From contig NC_068981.1 of assembly GCF_001194135.2 (NCBI RefSeq), forward strand, positions 79,454,839-79,492,863: 38,025 bases of DNA, written 5' to 3'. Shown in pieces: positions 1-11,820 of the stretch. Position 1 is the first letter of the stretch; every line of letters begins with the position of its first letter. Source of the stretch: Octopus bimaculoides. Lineage: Eukaryota. Below the pieces are notes generated by a model, which did not search any database, was not told where the DNA came from, and was given only the letters and a program-made list of their open reading frames with translations. The position numbers were made by a program, and so were the translations under genes.

Positions 1-10
1 CTGTCATACC

Positions 11-220
11 GGCCATGACGAAGAGAAATAGCCCTGAAACTCAAGTCGCCTTTATATATTTATATTTATATATTTATATATTTGATCCTTTATATTGAAC
101 ACTCAATATTTCATCTACATTCAATACTTTCTTTCATGGTGCCATCCATTTTTATTTTATTTTATTTTATATTGTATATTGTATATTATATTATATATTG
201 TATATTCCATATTCTATACC
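11..220 (+). mobile_element. Probable Penelope-type pseudo-LTR end: degenerate hammerhead-like motif followed by an AT-rich tail
   Basis: ggc-C(a)TGACGA-agagaaatagccct-GAAAC-tcaa-GTC-gcc at 11-50, then low-complexity TTTATAT/TATTG repeats. Confidence 0.4.
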
Positions 221-291
221 CCACATTAGTTCTGCAGGAATATAAATAAAACATAAAAAACAGACAGTGTTGGAACTCTTTTAAACAAAAT

Positions 292-332
292 AATATATAT
301 ATATATATATATACATATATGCACACATTCAT

Positions 333-366
<34 letters not shown>

Positions 367-430
367 GTGTGTATGTACACATATGTATATATGCATATAA
401 AAATACACACATATATGTATGCATGTTATT
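292..430. repeat. Compound (TA)n/(TACA)n/(CA)n microsatellite
   Basis: Directly visible. Confidence 0.95.
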
Positions 431-883
431 ACATGGAATACAGTGACCAAAATTTGGAGTGAGGTGGGGGTAGGTCTTCAATAGTTATTGAAGTCATTTA
501 TTTTCTGAATGATAGTTCAAATTAGTAATAATTATCAGTCTCCTTGAGAATTAATCATTACAATTACAATAGGAACATAATTATAGCAGCACATATATCC
601 AAGAAGAAAATGGCCATTTTTCTATACCAATACATTATTCCTTGAATGTGGATATCTTACCATTGCAGGTAGTTCAAATCTAAAATACTGGAATTTCAAA
701 TCAGAACATCTTTAAATATTCCTTCACAGTGCTACAATGAAATTTCAGATACTCAGCCTAAGAAGTCTTAGTACTCCATTGATGTTGATGATGATGGTGG
801 TGGTAGTAGTATTTATGATGGTACAGACTGCCAGCATTATCTGGTGACAGTAGGGCTTAGCATCAAATCCACAAGCTGTAGAA

Positions 884-1247
884 CAGTGTTTCCCAACCTA
901 TTTTCCTCAAGTCCCACAATAACTTTCCAGAAAAATGTACCCCTCCCCCACCGGCCACTGGTGGTTGGGAAAAAAAACCAACTTATTTTTTTAATATTTC
1001 ACAATTATATACTTTCTTTAAAAAATATCCACACTAAGACATTAGGATAATGCTGTACTGTGACAAACAGTATGCTTGGCTGGAGGGATTGATTTGACTA
1101 GGCTGAATATAGGTGTAGTATGTTTGCCGTAATAAAAAGATTTTCACAATTCCATGACCCACTAAAAAAAAATTGGGGATCTCACTCTCCAACACAATTT
1201 TCCCAGGCCCCACTGATGGGACATATGCCCTATGTAGGGAATCACTG
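884..1247. mobile_element. hAT (Charlie-like) MITE
   Basis: Left end CAGTGTTTCCCAACC, right end gtagggaatcaCTG. 8-bp flanks ctgtagaa / ctattgaa match 6/8, consistent with a hAT TSD. Confidence 0.7.
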
Positions 1248-2114
1248 CTATTGAATAATAAGATTAAATGGGTGAGGGGGAAGGAGAGTGTTATCTTTGT
1301 CTTGACTTTTGTCAGGTCATCTTCCTGTGGACAATTCAAAACATGACATCATTTTATTTGTTGTTATCTACTAGATGTCTCTGTCAGTAGAAGTCACGCT
1401 ATTAGTTCCAACATTTACCTGAACAATCTGTTACTTCAACTGATCCTTGTATTAAATGTAAAGAGCTTCTTAGTCAAAGCGATTATCATACAAAAGACAA
1501 TAAGACATATTAACACTATGTTTTGTAAATATGACATGCTATTCTGAACTACTTAATAGATTTTTGCTATCCATCTTTCAACTTTAGGATTCTCTTTTGC
1601 ATTTCTTGTTGACTCTAGAGTGTTTCACCTATCTTTCTATAACCAAGTGCCAATACCAAACAACAGTGGCATTAATAGAATATCTAGTATATCTCAGAAA
1701 AAAAAAATTCAAGGAGGATAAAGGAATCATATGATATATGTCTGTGAACCAAGTAATCAATATATATATATTCCTACAAAAATACTAACAGAAAAAGAAT
1801 CTAAAATTGAATTTTGGACAAAATCTAAGTGTATTGATACTCATTACACCTCTTCAAAAGATACGTGATAAAAAAAAAAAAAATCATAATGGCTGATAAA
1901 AGGATTCTAAGAAAAATGTCACCATATGAACCTCAGCATGGGGCCTTAAAAATGCTTTTGCAGCAGTTCAGATGACTTCGATAAAAATGTCTGATTTAAA
2001 CCTTTAAGAAAACTCTTCTTCATTTTAATACATATTGACATCACAAATTCCATCTCATTAATTATGTCATGAATTGAAATATGTGCGGAAACTACTACAT
2101 ATATTTCATGTTGT

Positions 2115-2160
2115 CAACAACAACAACAACAACAGCAGCAACACCGCCGCCGCCGCCACC
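2115..2160. repeat. Compound (CAA)n(CAG)n(CCG)n trinucleotide repeat at a SINE tail
   Basis: Directly visible; abuts the 3' end of the SINE at 2161. Confidence 0.9.
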
Positions 2161-2521
2161 TTTTACTTGTTTCAGTCATTTAGACTGCGACCATGCTGGA
2201 GCACCACCTTGGAGAATTTTAATGAAATGCATCAAGCTCAGTACTTTTTTTTTTCAAAGCCCGATACTTATTGTATCAGTCTCTTTTGTTGAACAGCTAA
2301 GTTACAGGGAGATATACATGCCAACATGGGTTGTTAGGCAGCAGTGGGGGACAAACACAGACACATATCTGATGGGCTTCTTTCAGTTTCCATTTACCAA
2401 ACCTGCTCACAGGGCTTTGATTGGGCCAAGGCTATATAACAGATGACATTTGCACAAGATGCCATGTAGTGGGACTGAATCTGCAACCATGTGGCTGGAA
2501 AGCAAGATTCTTACCACACAG
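2161..2521 (-). mobile_element. tRNA-derived SINE, type A (CORE-like head, AAGTAAAAGAATA-type tail)
   Basis: Homologous along its length to the copies at 3541-3952 and 6515-6890. Confidence 0.85.
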
Positions 2522-2679
2522 CAATAGGTTTTCTAATTAGCAGAGTTCCTCACCACAATCCCTGGTCATCTTTGTCAGGAAGTTTAGCCTCTTGAGATTA
2601 ACCTTGAGACTAATCACTTTTTCCCCCATGTTATCCTTAGTTTTCCTCTTCTACAAGTTTCTTCATTTTAGATCAACAG

Positions 2680-2950
2680 GCTCTTCTTTACCCAACCTTC
2701 ACAACCCTCCTTTACACACAGTCTTTGCTTTTGCACACTGCAACTGATTCCATTTATATCCTGTTTTTCTCTCAGCTCATTTGTGCTCTGCTGGTCATTC
2801 ACACAAACATTACACATCCAGCAGAGAATGTTCACTTTATTTCTTTACAGCCTTCACATATCCCCAGTACACAATACTTATGCCTCAATATTATGCACCA
2901 TTGCACTTCGAATATAAGCCCACACAATCTAGTTTCCACTCAGAGAATCT
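2680..2950 (-). mobile_element. Old RTE-type LINE fragment (RT C-terminal region)
   Basis: Degenerate match to 4700-4930 and 24620-24830 (ttctctcag...acattacacatccagc). Confidence 0.6.
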
Positions 2951-3540
2951 TTTACTTTTAGCAGAAGTATTTCTTCTCTGAACTTTTTCTACTCTGTTTT
3001 TGCTCTGATAATTATGCTTTCAGAAAACCCACCTTCACTCCTGATTATGTAACTCAGACAACAGAAGCTGTCAAGTATTTCTAGCAGGCTTTTCAAGCAT
3101 GCAAAAGATTCCCATTGCAAGATACTCTTAACTTACAGAAATCATAAATTATATAAAGAATAATTCCTGTAGTAGAATACAAAACACAACCCATGTGCCA
3201 AACATTTGTAACCAAAGTTACAAAGCTGACACCAAAACCAATCTGCTGTAACAGATGTCTCCATGATATGGAATACAGAAATATTTGTAATAACTAAAGT
3301 GAGTGAGTGAAGAAGAGAGACAGAGAGAGGAGAGAGGGAGGGAGGGAGGGATTAGATTATAGTGTCATTCTGATTATAATTCACAATATTTAATAAGTAC
3401 TAGCACAAGCTTTCTCAAAACTGAAGAAATTTGGTACCACAACGTAAGTTTACTTTAGTCTGTTATGAACAGTTAGTATTTCTCTCCCAGATTCCTGAAT
3501 AAATAGATATCTGTTTAGATACAACAGACACACACACAAA

Positions 3541-3952
3541 CATTCTTTTATTTTTTATTTGTTTTAGTAATTTGACTTCTGCCGTGCTGGCGCATTGCCT
3601 TGAAGGGTTTTTAGTTGAAGAAATCGACCCCAGGACTTATTCTTTATAAGCCTAGAACTTGTTCTATTGATCTCTTTTGCTGAACCGCTAAGTTACGGGG
3701 ACATAAATACACCAGCATTGGTTGTCAAGAGATGGTGGCTGGGGGGACAAACACAGACACATGAATACACACACACACACACACACACACATACGACAGT
3801 CTTCTTTCAGTTTCCGTCTACGAAATTCACTCACAAGGCTTTGGTCGGCCCGAGCTATAGTAGAAGACACTTATCCAAGGTACACGCAGTGGGACTGGAC
3901 CCAGAACTTGGTTAGGAAGCAAGCTTCTTACCACACATCCATGCCTGTGCCT
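3541..3952 (-). mobile_element. SINE type A, near full length, with internal (CA)n
   Basis: The reverse complement reads ggcacaggcatggatgtgtggtaagaagcttgct...ccttggataagtgtcttctactatagc..., matching 6515-6890. Confidence 0.9.
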
Positions 3953-3977
3953 ATATTATATATATGTATAGATATAT

Positions 3978-5171
3978 CATCATCATCATCGTTTAATGAC
4001 TGTTTTCCATGTTGGCATGGGTTGGACGGTTTGACTGAAGTCTGGAGAGCCAGTGGCTGCATCTGGCTCCAATCTGATCCAGCAATGTTTCTACAGCTAG
4101 ATGCCCTTCCTAACGCCAACCACTCAGAGAGTGTAGTGGGTGCTTTTTACATGCCACTGGCACAGGAGCCAGTCAGACAGGCCTGGCATCGATCATGTTC
4201 AGATAGTACTTTTTACATGCCACCGGCATGGGAGCCAGTCAGTGGGTACTGGCATTGACCATGTTTGGATGGTGCTTTTTACATGCCACAGGCACGGGAG
4301 CCAGTCAGGCAGACCTGGCATCAACCATATTTGGATGGTGCTTTTTACATTCCACTGGCACAGGAGCCAGTCAAGGGACATTGGCCACAGCTACAATTTT
4401 GGTTTTACTTGACTCAAAAGATCTTCTCAAGCATATATCACCCAACGCATCAAGGTTACTCTTAAATGGGTTGGACATGCAACACTGGCATCAGCCATCG
4501 TTGCCATCTCACTTTAGTTGTCGAGTCCTCTCAGTCACAGCCCATCTCTAACGGTCTCGGTCTCCAGTCATTGCTTCTATGAGGCCCAATGTTCAAAGGT
4601 CATGTTTCACCACCTCATCTCATATCTTCTTGGGTTTACCTCTTCCACAGGTTCCTTCCACAGTTAGGGAACGGCACTTCCTCACACAGCTGTCTTCATC
4701 CATATGTAAGACATGACCATACCAGCACAGTCGTCTCTCTTACACACCACATCTGAAGCGTATGTCCAACTTTTCTCTCAGGGTGCTTACACTCTGTTGT
4801 GTATGCACACAGATATTACACATCCAGTGGATCATGCTAGCTTCATTTCTTTCAAGCTTATGTATGTCCTCAGCAGTCATAGCCCATGTTTCACTGCCAT
4901 GTAGCATGGCTGTTTGTACACATGCATCATACAGTCTACCTTTCATCCTGAGCGAGAGGCCCTTAGTTGCCAGCAGAGATAGGAGCTCCCTGAACTTTGC
5001 CTAGGCTATTCTTATTCCAGCTGCTACACTCTCAGAGCGACCACCCTCACTACAGACTTGGTCGCCTAGATAGCGGAAGCTATCAACTACTTCTAGTTTT
5101 TTCCCCTGGCGTGTGATGGAATATGTTTTCTGTACATCTTCAGTGTTTATTGCTCCTGTGTATTGGCCACA
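3978..5171 (-). mobile_element. 5'-truncated RTE-clade LINE: RT C-terminus, 3' UTR with ~66-bp tandem units, (GAT)n tail
   Basis: ORFs KGRLYDACVQTAMLHGSETWA and LEVVDSFRYLGD are typical RTE thumb/C-terminal motifs. Collinear with 24327-25070. Confidence 0.92.
4138..4400. repeat. Four tandem ~66-bp units within the RTE 3' UTR
   Basis: Unit ggtgcttttacatgccac(t/c/a)ggca(c/t)(a/g)ggagccagtca starts at about 4138, 4205, 4271 and 4337. Confidence 0.9.
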
Positions 5172-5714
5172 TACACACACATATATATATGGGATGGACC
5201 CAGAACTACAGTTCCACAGCAAACTTCTTAACCACACAGTCATGTCTACACTTTATATATGAGAGACGCTGACATAATAATGTGAACAAAAAAAAAAACA
5301 ACCCTAATCAACTTTGTCTTTTGTTCTCTCAAAGTATCAATAAAAAAGCTATGGTTTCAATATAATTGACTAAAAAACTTGAAGGCAGTGCCCCTTCAAG
5401 GTCATAGCCCAAAGCCAGAATCCAGCAAAAGAATAAAAAATATCTTCAAAATAAGCTGCTGAACAATAAAGTTGTTGAACTTAATCCAGAGAAAATAAAA
5501 ATTTGATAATGCAATACAAATAACAAGCCAGCTGCAGATCTGGATTAAAATGAACAACCTGAGAGATTAGAGGAATTACATGTTTCTTTAAGTTGATATA
5601 AATTTTTCTTTATTGTATAGTTTCTTGAATTGTTTTTATTGTTGAATAGTTTAAGCAAAATATTTCGAAGATTAAATATTTAGAACTTGTTTACTGAGGG
5701 TGCTGCTATACTCT

Positions 5715-6110
5715 GTCTCCAAATGCAGGAGTTGATGTCTCACCAGGTAGTGAAGTAGCTCAGTAGGTATTTTGGCCCCTTCCACAGTGACACCAGAGCT
5801 GCCCAGAACCACCCACCGATACAGACAACAAAACTTCCTCTCAACAGCACAAGCTTTGTTGAATCTGAGATGCGACTCTGGGCCAGATGTTTCTACCATC
5901 CTCAACGATAATTCTTGCTGTACCACTTGTCCTTTCTCATGAGCCAGATGTAATGACTTGCTTACCCAGTGGTTTCTGACAATTTTCTAGCAACATCTTT
6001 TCTGTTCTTTGCAGTGTTTGAGACTTCTGAGCCTCAAGTGATCCCTAATTCCAACAAATCCTATAACACTTACCTCTACAAGAAGACATGTTTGTACTTC
6101 AAAAACTACT
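5715..6110 (-). mobile_element. 3' end of a restriction-like-endonuclease non-LTR retrotransposon (HERO-like), decayed
   Basis: Frameshifted translation CLLVEVSVIGFVG...RKLSETTG*ASHYIWLMRKDKW resembles the HERO C-terminal consensus CxPVEVGCRGFVG...LSEAAExxSxWLWLRRK (recalled, not searched). Confidence 0.6.
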
Positions 6111-6514
6111 GTATATATACATATCTTAAAAATATCTAAAATAAATTTTTAAAATTCTTTTTAAAAAACCCCAGCTAAAAAGATTAAAATAAAACTATTT
6201 ATAAATATATCCATATTTATAAACATAGTCAAGTCGGTGCTACTCGACATAATGAAGTGAGCCCCAGAGCATTTTTAACTAATTAAAATTTCAGCTTGTA
6301 ATGAAAAGGAAAAGCATTAACGTTAATGATAATTCTTGTTGAAGACATTCCAAAATTAAAATTGACAAAGAAAATCAGGGAATTATAGAAGGCTAAAGCA
6401 ATGCAGATCAAATGTCAAATACGAAAAAATAGCTCTAATATAGATATTGAAATGTTACCTGACACTGATTTCAAGTAAAAATCCTTTTACAAAGGTATTA
6501 AGAGATCAAGAGAG

Positions 6515-6890
6515 AGGGCTGTGTGGTAAGAAGTTTGATTCCCAACCACATGGTTCCAGGTTCAGTCCCACTGCATGGGCAAGTGTCTTCTACTATAGCC
6601 TCGAGCCAATCAAAGCCTTGTGAGTGGATTTGGTAGACAGAAACTGAAAGAAGCCTGTTATATATATATGTGTGTATATGTATTTGTTTGTCTGTGTTTG
6701 TCCTCCCTCCACTATCACTTGACAACTGATGTTGGTGTGTTTACATCCCCATAACTTAGTGGTTTGGCAAAAGAGGTCAATAGAATAAGTACTAGGCTTA
6801 CAAAGAATAACTCCTGGGGTTAATTTATTCAACTAAGAGGTGGTTCTCCAAAATGGCTGCAGTCAAATGACTGAAACAAGTAAAAGAATA
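6515..6890 (+). mobile_element. SINE type A, near full length
   Basis: gctgtgtggtaagaag...ggttcagtccc (A/B-box-like head), gggcaagtgtcttctactatagcc core, tail ending aacaagtaaaagaata. Confidence 0.9.
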
Positions 6891-7245
6891 TATATATATA
6901 TATATAAATGTGTCCATTAGGTTGCCATGGCAAATCATTTTGTGTAATATTGATATTTATGTCCAAGCTGTTGTGCTATGGTCTTCTATAACATTGATTT
7001 TCTAAGTATTCTACAATGCTTCAAGCAAACTATTTCACTCTTTTAAAATTGACCATTCTTTATTAAAATCACATACATTCTCAGTCATTTTAAGGTCTAG
7101 TAAGTGCAAATAAGTTTACGCTTTGCAGAGGTCTAATAAGATCAAAATGTGCCCACAATTGTCACCATACCTACTAAAGGTCAGATTCACCCTCCACTCT
7201 ATGCTCTCGATTCGTTATGTTACTACTACACAAACACACACTTAA

Positions 7246-7463
7246 CCCTTTTGATACCAACCCGGCTGAAACCGCCTCTGGCTCTGTAGTACAAATGTCT
7301 TGTTTTCAAAAGTTCTGAATTAAAATCTTCCACCAAACATCACAATTTATATTCCTAACACTAGCTTAATGATAATAAAGTTATTTCACTAAATTCTTCG
7401 TTATATTTAAGATTAAGTGAAAGAAACACATAGCATCTCAACAGAAATATGGTAACAAAAGGG
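7246..7463. mobile_element. piggyBac-type MITE (218 bp)
   Basis: TTAA|CCCTTTTGATACCA...TGGTAACAAAAGGG|TTAA. TIRs match 13/14 and there is a TTAA TSD on both sides. Confidence 0.85.
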
Positions 7464-7712
7464 TTAAATATATTCTTCATGTAGAGGGTATCCTTGAGAA
7501 AATTTCGTCATTTTTTTAATAAACATAGATAAAAAGCATTTCAAAAATAAATCACATCCTCTATTAACAATAGTCCACTATTTACTAGTATTTAAACATT
7601 GATCAATGGTATTATTTCATTAGCAAGAAGGAGAAATATTAAAATAGTTTTAAATTGTAGCTGAAGTTAAATTTTTCTGAGGGCTTTGAATAAAAGGTTA
7701 TTTTTTGCTTAC

Positions 7713-7978
7713 CATGGCTCAACCCAGTCAAAGGGTCCGACATCATTCATATATGGTTGTACTTCTTTTATCAGAAATGACAGTGGCATTCCATGCATGT
7801 GACCTGTTAATGATGCTGTAGGTGGATTAATGTCAGCGTGGGCATCTATCCACACAATGACAAGATCAGGTTGCACCTGGACATGACCATGAAGAGCCCC
7901 AGTCGTAAGACTGTGGTCACCTCCCAATGTGAGGCATATTTCTCCAGCCTGGATCACTTTCTTTACAGCGTTGGATAT
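7713..7978 (-). CDS. ARG: Arginase internal coding exon with Mn2+ ligands: ISNAVKKVIQAGEICLTLGGDHSLTTGALHGHVQVQPDLVIVWIDAHADINPPTASLTGHMHGMPLSFLIKEVQPYMNDVGPFDWVEP+TG
   Basis: Contains the ureohydrolase/arginase motifs GGDHS, DAHADIN and HGMP. Acceptor ttatttcttgtatAG|ATA, donor CCA TG|GTAAG. 266 nt = 88 codons + 2 nt. Confidence 0.97.
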
Positions 7979-9677
7979 CTATACAAGAAATAAGTATCAT
8001 ACTGACAAAAAACATGCAAACAAAAGGACTCTGTGCAACCAAATAAAAATATGATATGGATAAGAGAGAGAAAGAGAACAAGCAGAAAAAAAGTTTAAAC
8101 TATAGTGATAGCAAGACTGACTACTAACAAGGATTTACTATCAGACTCCAAGAATATTTCTGCATGTAAAATGAGTTTGATTAAGGCCATTTTCAAAATA
8201 TCTACATGTGATATAGCCACTCTCAATTAAGCAGGCACATGGCATGTACATGATCAGACAAATAACAAGATGAAATCCATTATACTAGCCTCTGTCTTTC
8301 TGAAGGATCATACTGCACATTCCAACATGCAGTGGTTTAATATATGCAACACTGAAAATTTGGAAATATAATAATTTCACTATCCAATTTAGTTTTGTAT
8401 GCTTGAAGATCCTGATGTCCACTATAGCAGAGGAGGTAGGCAAAATGGACACTACCAGAATGTGAAGGTATTATTCTGAACTTATTGGTGGTGTGTGTAT
8501 ATTGTTACAGCATGTTTGGGTCTATTGAATGGAGTGGGGCAATGTTTGTAAGGACTGGGTAGGCAGTAGAGTGTTTTTAGAGTAATATTAGAGTTAAGGG
8601 TTTTCTGTGGGGTTTTAGCAACTTTAAGTCAGATCTGAGTACATCTATAATCATAAGCATTTTAGCTTTTATCATTGTTTTTCCTTCAGCTATAATGTTA
8701 TCAAGGTCTACATAATCTAATGGGTCTTTCTTTTCTAAGGATGATAGCATACAATTTGAGAGAAATTTAGCTGCTATATCTAGCTCGCATATTACCTCGT
8801 TGATGTTGCAGATGTGTTTGGGTGTTTGGAGTGATTGTGACTAGAGTAGCAGGGACAGTGAGGGTTGAAGCTTGCTACTGCAACAAATAGCACTCCTCAC
8901 ATGTCCAAGTGGTTTTTCTTTGTATGTATTTTTGTTATTCAGCATAGAGGGTGCCTGTGCAATGTTTCTTTATGTAATTATGGTGAAAAAATTAGGTCTC
9001 AGCATGACTAATGCAATCCATGATATTTGTTTTTATGTTAACGTTGCTTTTATCTGTTGATCAAAAGCACCATCTGTATGATCTATATTTATGTGTCACC
9101 ATATCTTTTATAGAAGTCACACAAACTGAAAAATTATATACAATTTATGTTTTTTCTCTTCTCTATGTGGTGTTGTTTAGCTCCAGGGCTAGTTCTAACC
9201 AAGCAAGCTTATAATTAAAGATGTTTCAGTTGTCACAATCCCATCTTTTACAGATATAGTATCATAAGAACTAAATTATCCAATAGGAAGATTTGGCTAC
9301 TATAACTAGCAAGTTAAGAGACATAATCATTGGATCAAGTTTATTTTATGCTTTTATGTTTGATAGTCAGTTCAAATCACATAATCTTATGCTCTCTGGT
9401 GTTGCTGATAAGAACAGAGACTGGATTTGGGTGTACTTTACGCAGTTTAGAGCAAATATACTGTCTACATGAGGTTCTATTTCTCTCGCTCCCTCTCTCT
9501 CTTTCTTTTTTCTAATTGTAGAAAAGTCATGCAGCTATGTTGGTGGGATAATGAATCCTTGCAGTATTCTAGTTGGAAACAGCAGATTCTAAATATGTTG
9601 TTCTACACTACATAAAGCTTGTTGGTTAGCTAGCATTTTGTGTTGTTTCTAAAGGCGATTAAGATTTTGGGTTAGAA

Positions 9678-9880
9678 GGCGGTGAGCTGGCAGAAATGTT
9701 AGCATGCCTGGTAAAATGCTTAGTGGTATTTCGTCTGTCTTTACGTTCTGAGTTCAAATTCTGCTGAGGTCGATTTTGCCTTTCATCCTTTCAGGGTTGA
9801 TAAGTACCAGTTGTGTACTGGGGTCGATATAATCGACTGTCCCCTCCCCAAAAATTTAGGGCCTTTATGTCTCAAGTAGA
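9678..9880 (+). mobile_element. tRNA-derived SINE, type C (ggcggtgagctggcagaa...gagttcaaatt...)
   Basis: Homologous to the copies at 21405-21520, 23140-23320 and 31837-32030. Confidence 0.85.
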
Positions 9881-9899
9881 AAATAATATTTTGGGTTAG

Positions 9900-10700
9900 A
9901 ATGGACAGTAGCAAACTGAATCAAAATATCAGTGATATCAGTTGTATTCAGGATAGAATATGTGAGAGGTTTTTAACTGTTTGGATCCCTCATACATTTT
10001 GCTTTTGTGTGGAATTTACAAGTAGTGAAGTGGTTGCTTGCAATGGGATGAAACAATTTTGTGAGGGTAGAGATGGAAATATGTGCGTTGGTGATGTCTA
10101 GAAGAAATCTCTCCAAGAATTTTGGAGGTGAGAACCAGAAGATGCTGGGTTCGTGAAATGCCACCTCAGTTATAATTTTCTTGGTTTTTTTTTTGGTTTT
10201 TTTTTAAATGTGATGATTTTTCCCAACTTCCAGATTCTGGGGATTTGATGATGTTGAAATGAGTGGTTGAAGCTGTTGGTGAGTGTTTTAGACTCTAGGT
10301 CAGTGATTCTCAACCAGTGTCCATATGACCCTTGGGGGTCCATATAAGATTTTGTTGTGAAGATTTATCTGCAATAAACTTTTTATACTTTTACTTTTCC
10401 CAAAATATTTTAATAATTTTTTCTATACAATTCCTAATAATGTTTAATTATGGAAATATCATCTGGTCTTTTAAACCTCAAACGGCTAGGAGGGTCCATC
10501 CAAGTAAAATAAATATCAAAGGAGGTCCATAGGTGAAAAATAGTTGAGAAGCACTACCCTAAGTGCTGCTTTTCTAATGTGTGGAAAGTTTGTGGTGATG
10601 GAAGACATGCATCTGCTGTTTCTGTCTTATTTGTGTAGTTTGGGAGGTAGTTTTCAAGAAATGTTTGAAGGTAAATTTATTGACTGTTGGGGTATAGATA
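9900..10700 (-). mobile_element. Decayed non-LTR retrotransposon RT relic (I/Jockey-like), split by a hAT MITE; probably continues at about 8400-8900 and 11030-11250
   Basis: Fragments QIPRIWKLGKII and SPPKFLERFLLDITNAHI resemble RT domain 1-2 motifs (WKxAxIIPIxKP; PISLLxxxxKxLERLL). Confidence 0.5.
10301..10556. mobile_element. hAT (Charlie-like) MITE
   Basis: CAGTGATTCTCAACC...AGTTGAGAAGCACTA. 8-bp flanks ctctaggt / ccctaagt match 6/8 and fit an NTCTAGAN-type target. Confidence 0.75.
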
Positions 10701-10800
10701 TACAACTTTTTTTTATTAGCTAATTGAAGAAAAAAAGACAGTTCCTATGACTTCCACAAACCCTCTCACACTGGTGAAATTGATGCCATTAAAATTTCAC

Positions 10801-11026
10801 TCAACCCTTTCGCATTCATACTTCTCTGCCAAATGTAATGCTTATTTATTCATATTGTTTTGAATTGATCATGCATTATCTTGTAGCTTTATTGCAATGA
10901 TGTGATTGTTTATTTTTAGAATAACATTATAGGGCAGGTGTGAGAGGCCAGATCTGGCTGGTTTGAATGTAAAACAAGGCAGAACATTTGGGTTGGATGT
11001 GGCCGGTTTAAATGCTAACACGTTAA
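10801..11026. mobile_element. piggyBac-type MITE, second family (degenerate)
   Basis: tcaaccctttcgcatt...aatgctaacacgttaa. The interior is homologous to 11605-11820 and, inverted, to 33263-33481. Confidence 0.7.
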
Positions 11027-11604
11027 ACAGTTACAATGTTGATAACTGCAGGAATGAAATTCCAGAATGTCTCTGAGTGGGAAGTATTGGCTATAGGTGT
11101 CAGTGTGAGGTTCAGTGGGGTGAGAGGGGACAAAATATGGGATGTGAGAGGAGGAGAGATGAATCAACCAAGAATGCCTAAGCAGAAGTGGCATGAGAAT
11201 AACCAGCTCTGAGAGACAGAAGTCATTGCAGTAGTGGTAAAAAAGCCAGAGAGAAGTGACTGCATGTCTGTGGGCCAGTAACAGGAGTTTGCCAGTGACT
11301 AATTCTAAGACAAGTAGTTATTGATGTTATTTATTATTTAGCAATAGCATTTTGCAGTAAATAGATTGTATTGAATGGAAATGTTTACCTGTTTTCTTTT
11401 TTGTTTGTATTTTTCCCCTTTATCTATATTGTTTATTTTAACCTTTTTTTTGTTGTTGTTTAGTTGCTTGGTGCTGAGTTCTATTTCTGCTCTATGTGAA
11501 GTTGGTGTGTTGTTTTGATGTTATCTCTAGTATTTAACATCCTGGCTGTTTAGTCATATAATTTTAGACCATTTTGTTTTTATACATTACATAGTTTTAA
11601 TCCT

Positions 11605-11820
11605 TTTGTGTTCAGATTACTCAGTTAGCTGTAATGCATATTTATTCACATCGTTTTGAATTTATACAGCATTATTTTATAGCCTTGAGATTTCAATGAT
11701 GTGATTATGTCCAAAATGACATTCTAGGGTAGGTGTGAGATGCTAGATCTGGCTAGTTTGGACATTAAACATGTAGAATATTTCGGCTGGATATGGCTGG
11801 TTTAAATGCTAAAGGGTTAA
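11605..11820. mobile_element. piggyBac-type MITE, second family, left end lost
   Basis: Ends aaatgctaaagggTTAA; interior matches 10830-11020. Confidence 0.7.

Noticed and set aside
2115-2160. PolyQ/polyA-like coding repeat
   Set aside because: It sits at a SINE tail, and the surrounding ORFs are translations of repeats.
4138-4400. CRISPR-like regular repeats (also 34349-34465)
   Set aside because: The units repeat along their whole length with no unique spacers, they sit inside retroelements, the context is eukaryotic, and there are no cas genes.
6020-6090. GFVGIRD peptide and strong GTAAGT donor as the next arginase exon
   Set aside because: Every nearby AG acceptor gives the wrong phase or an immediate stop after the TG carried over from exon 7713, and the flanking motifs fit a HERO-like retroelement.
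1-7712. Downstream arginase exons (IGLRD, SFDVD motifs)
   Set aside because: None were recognised on the minus strand; the intron appears to run off the window.
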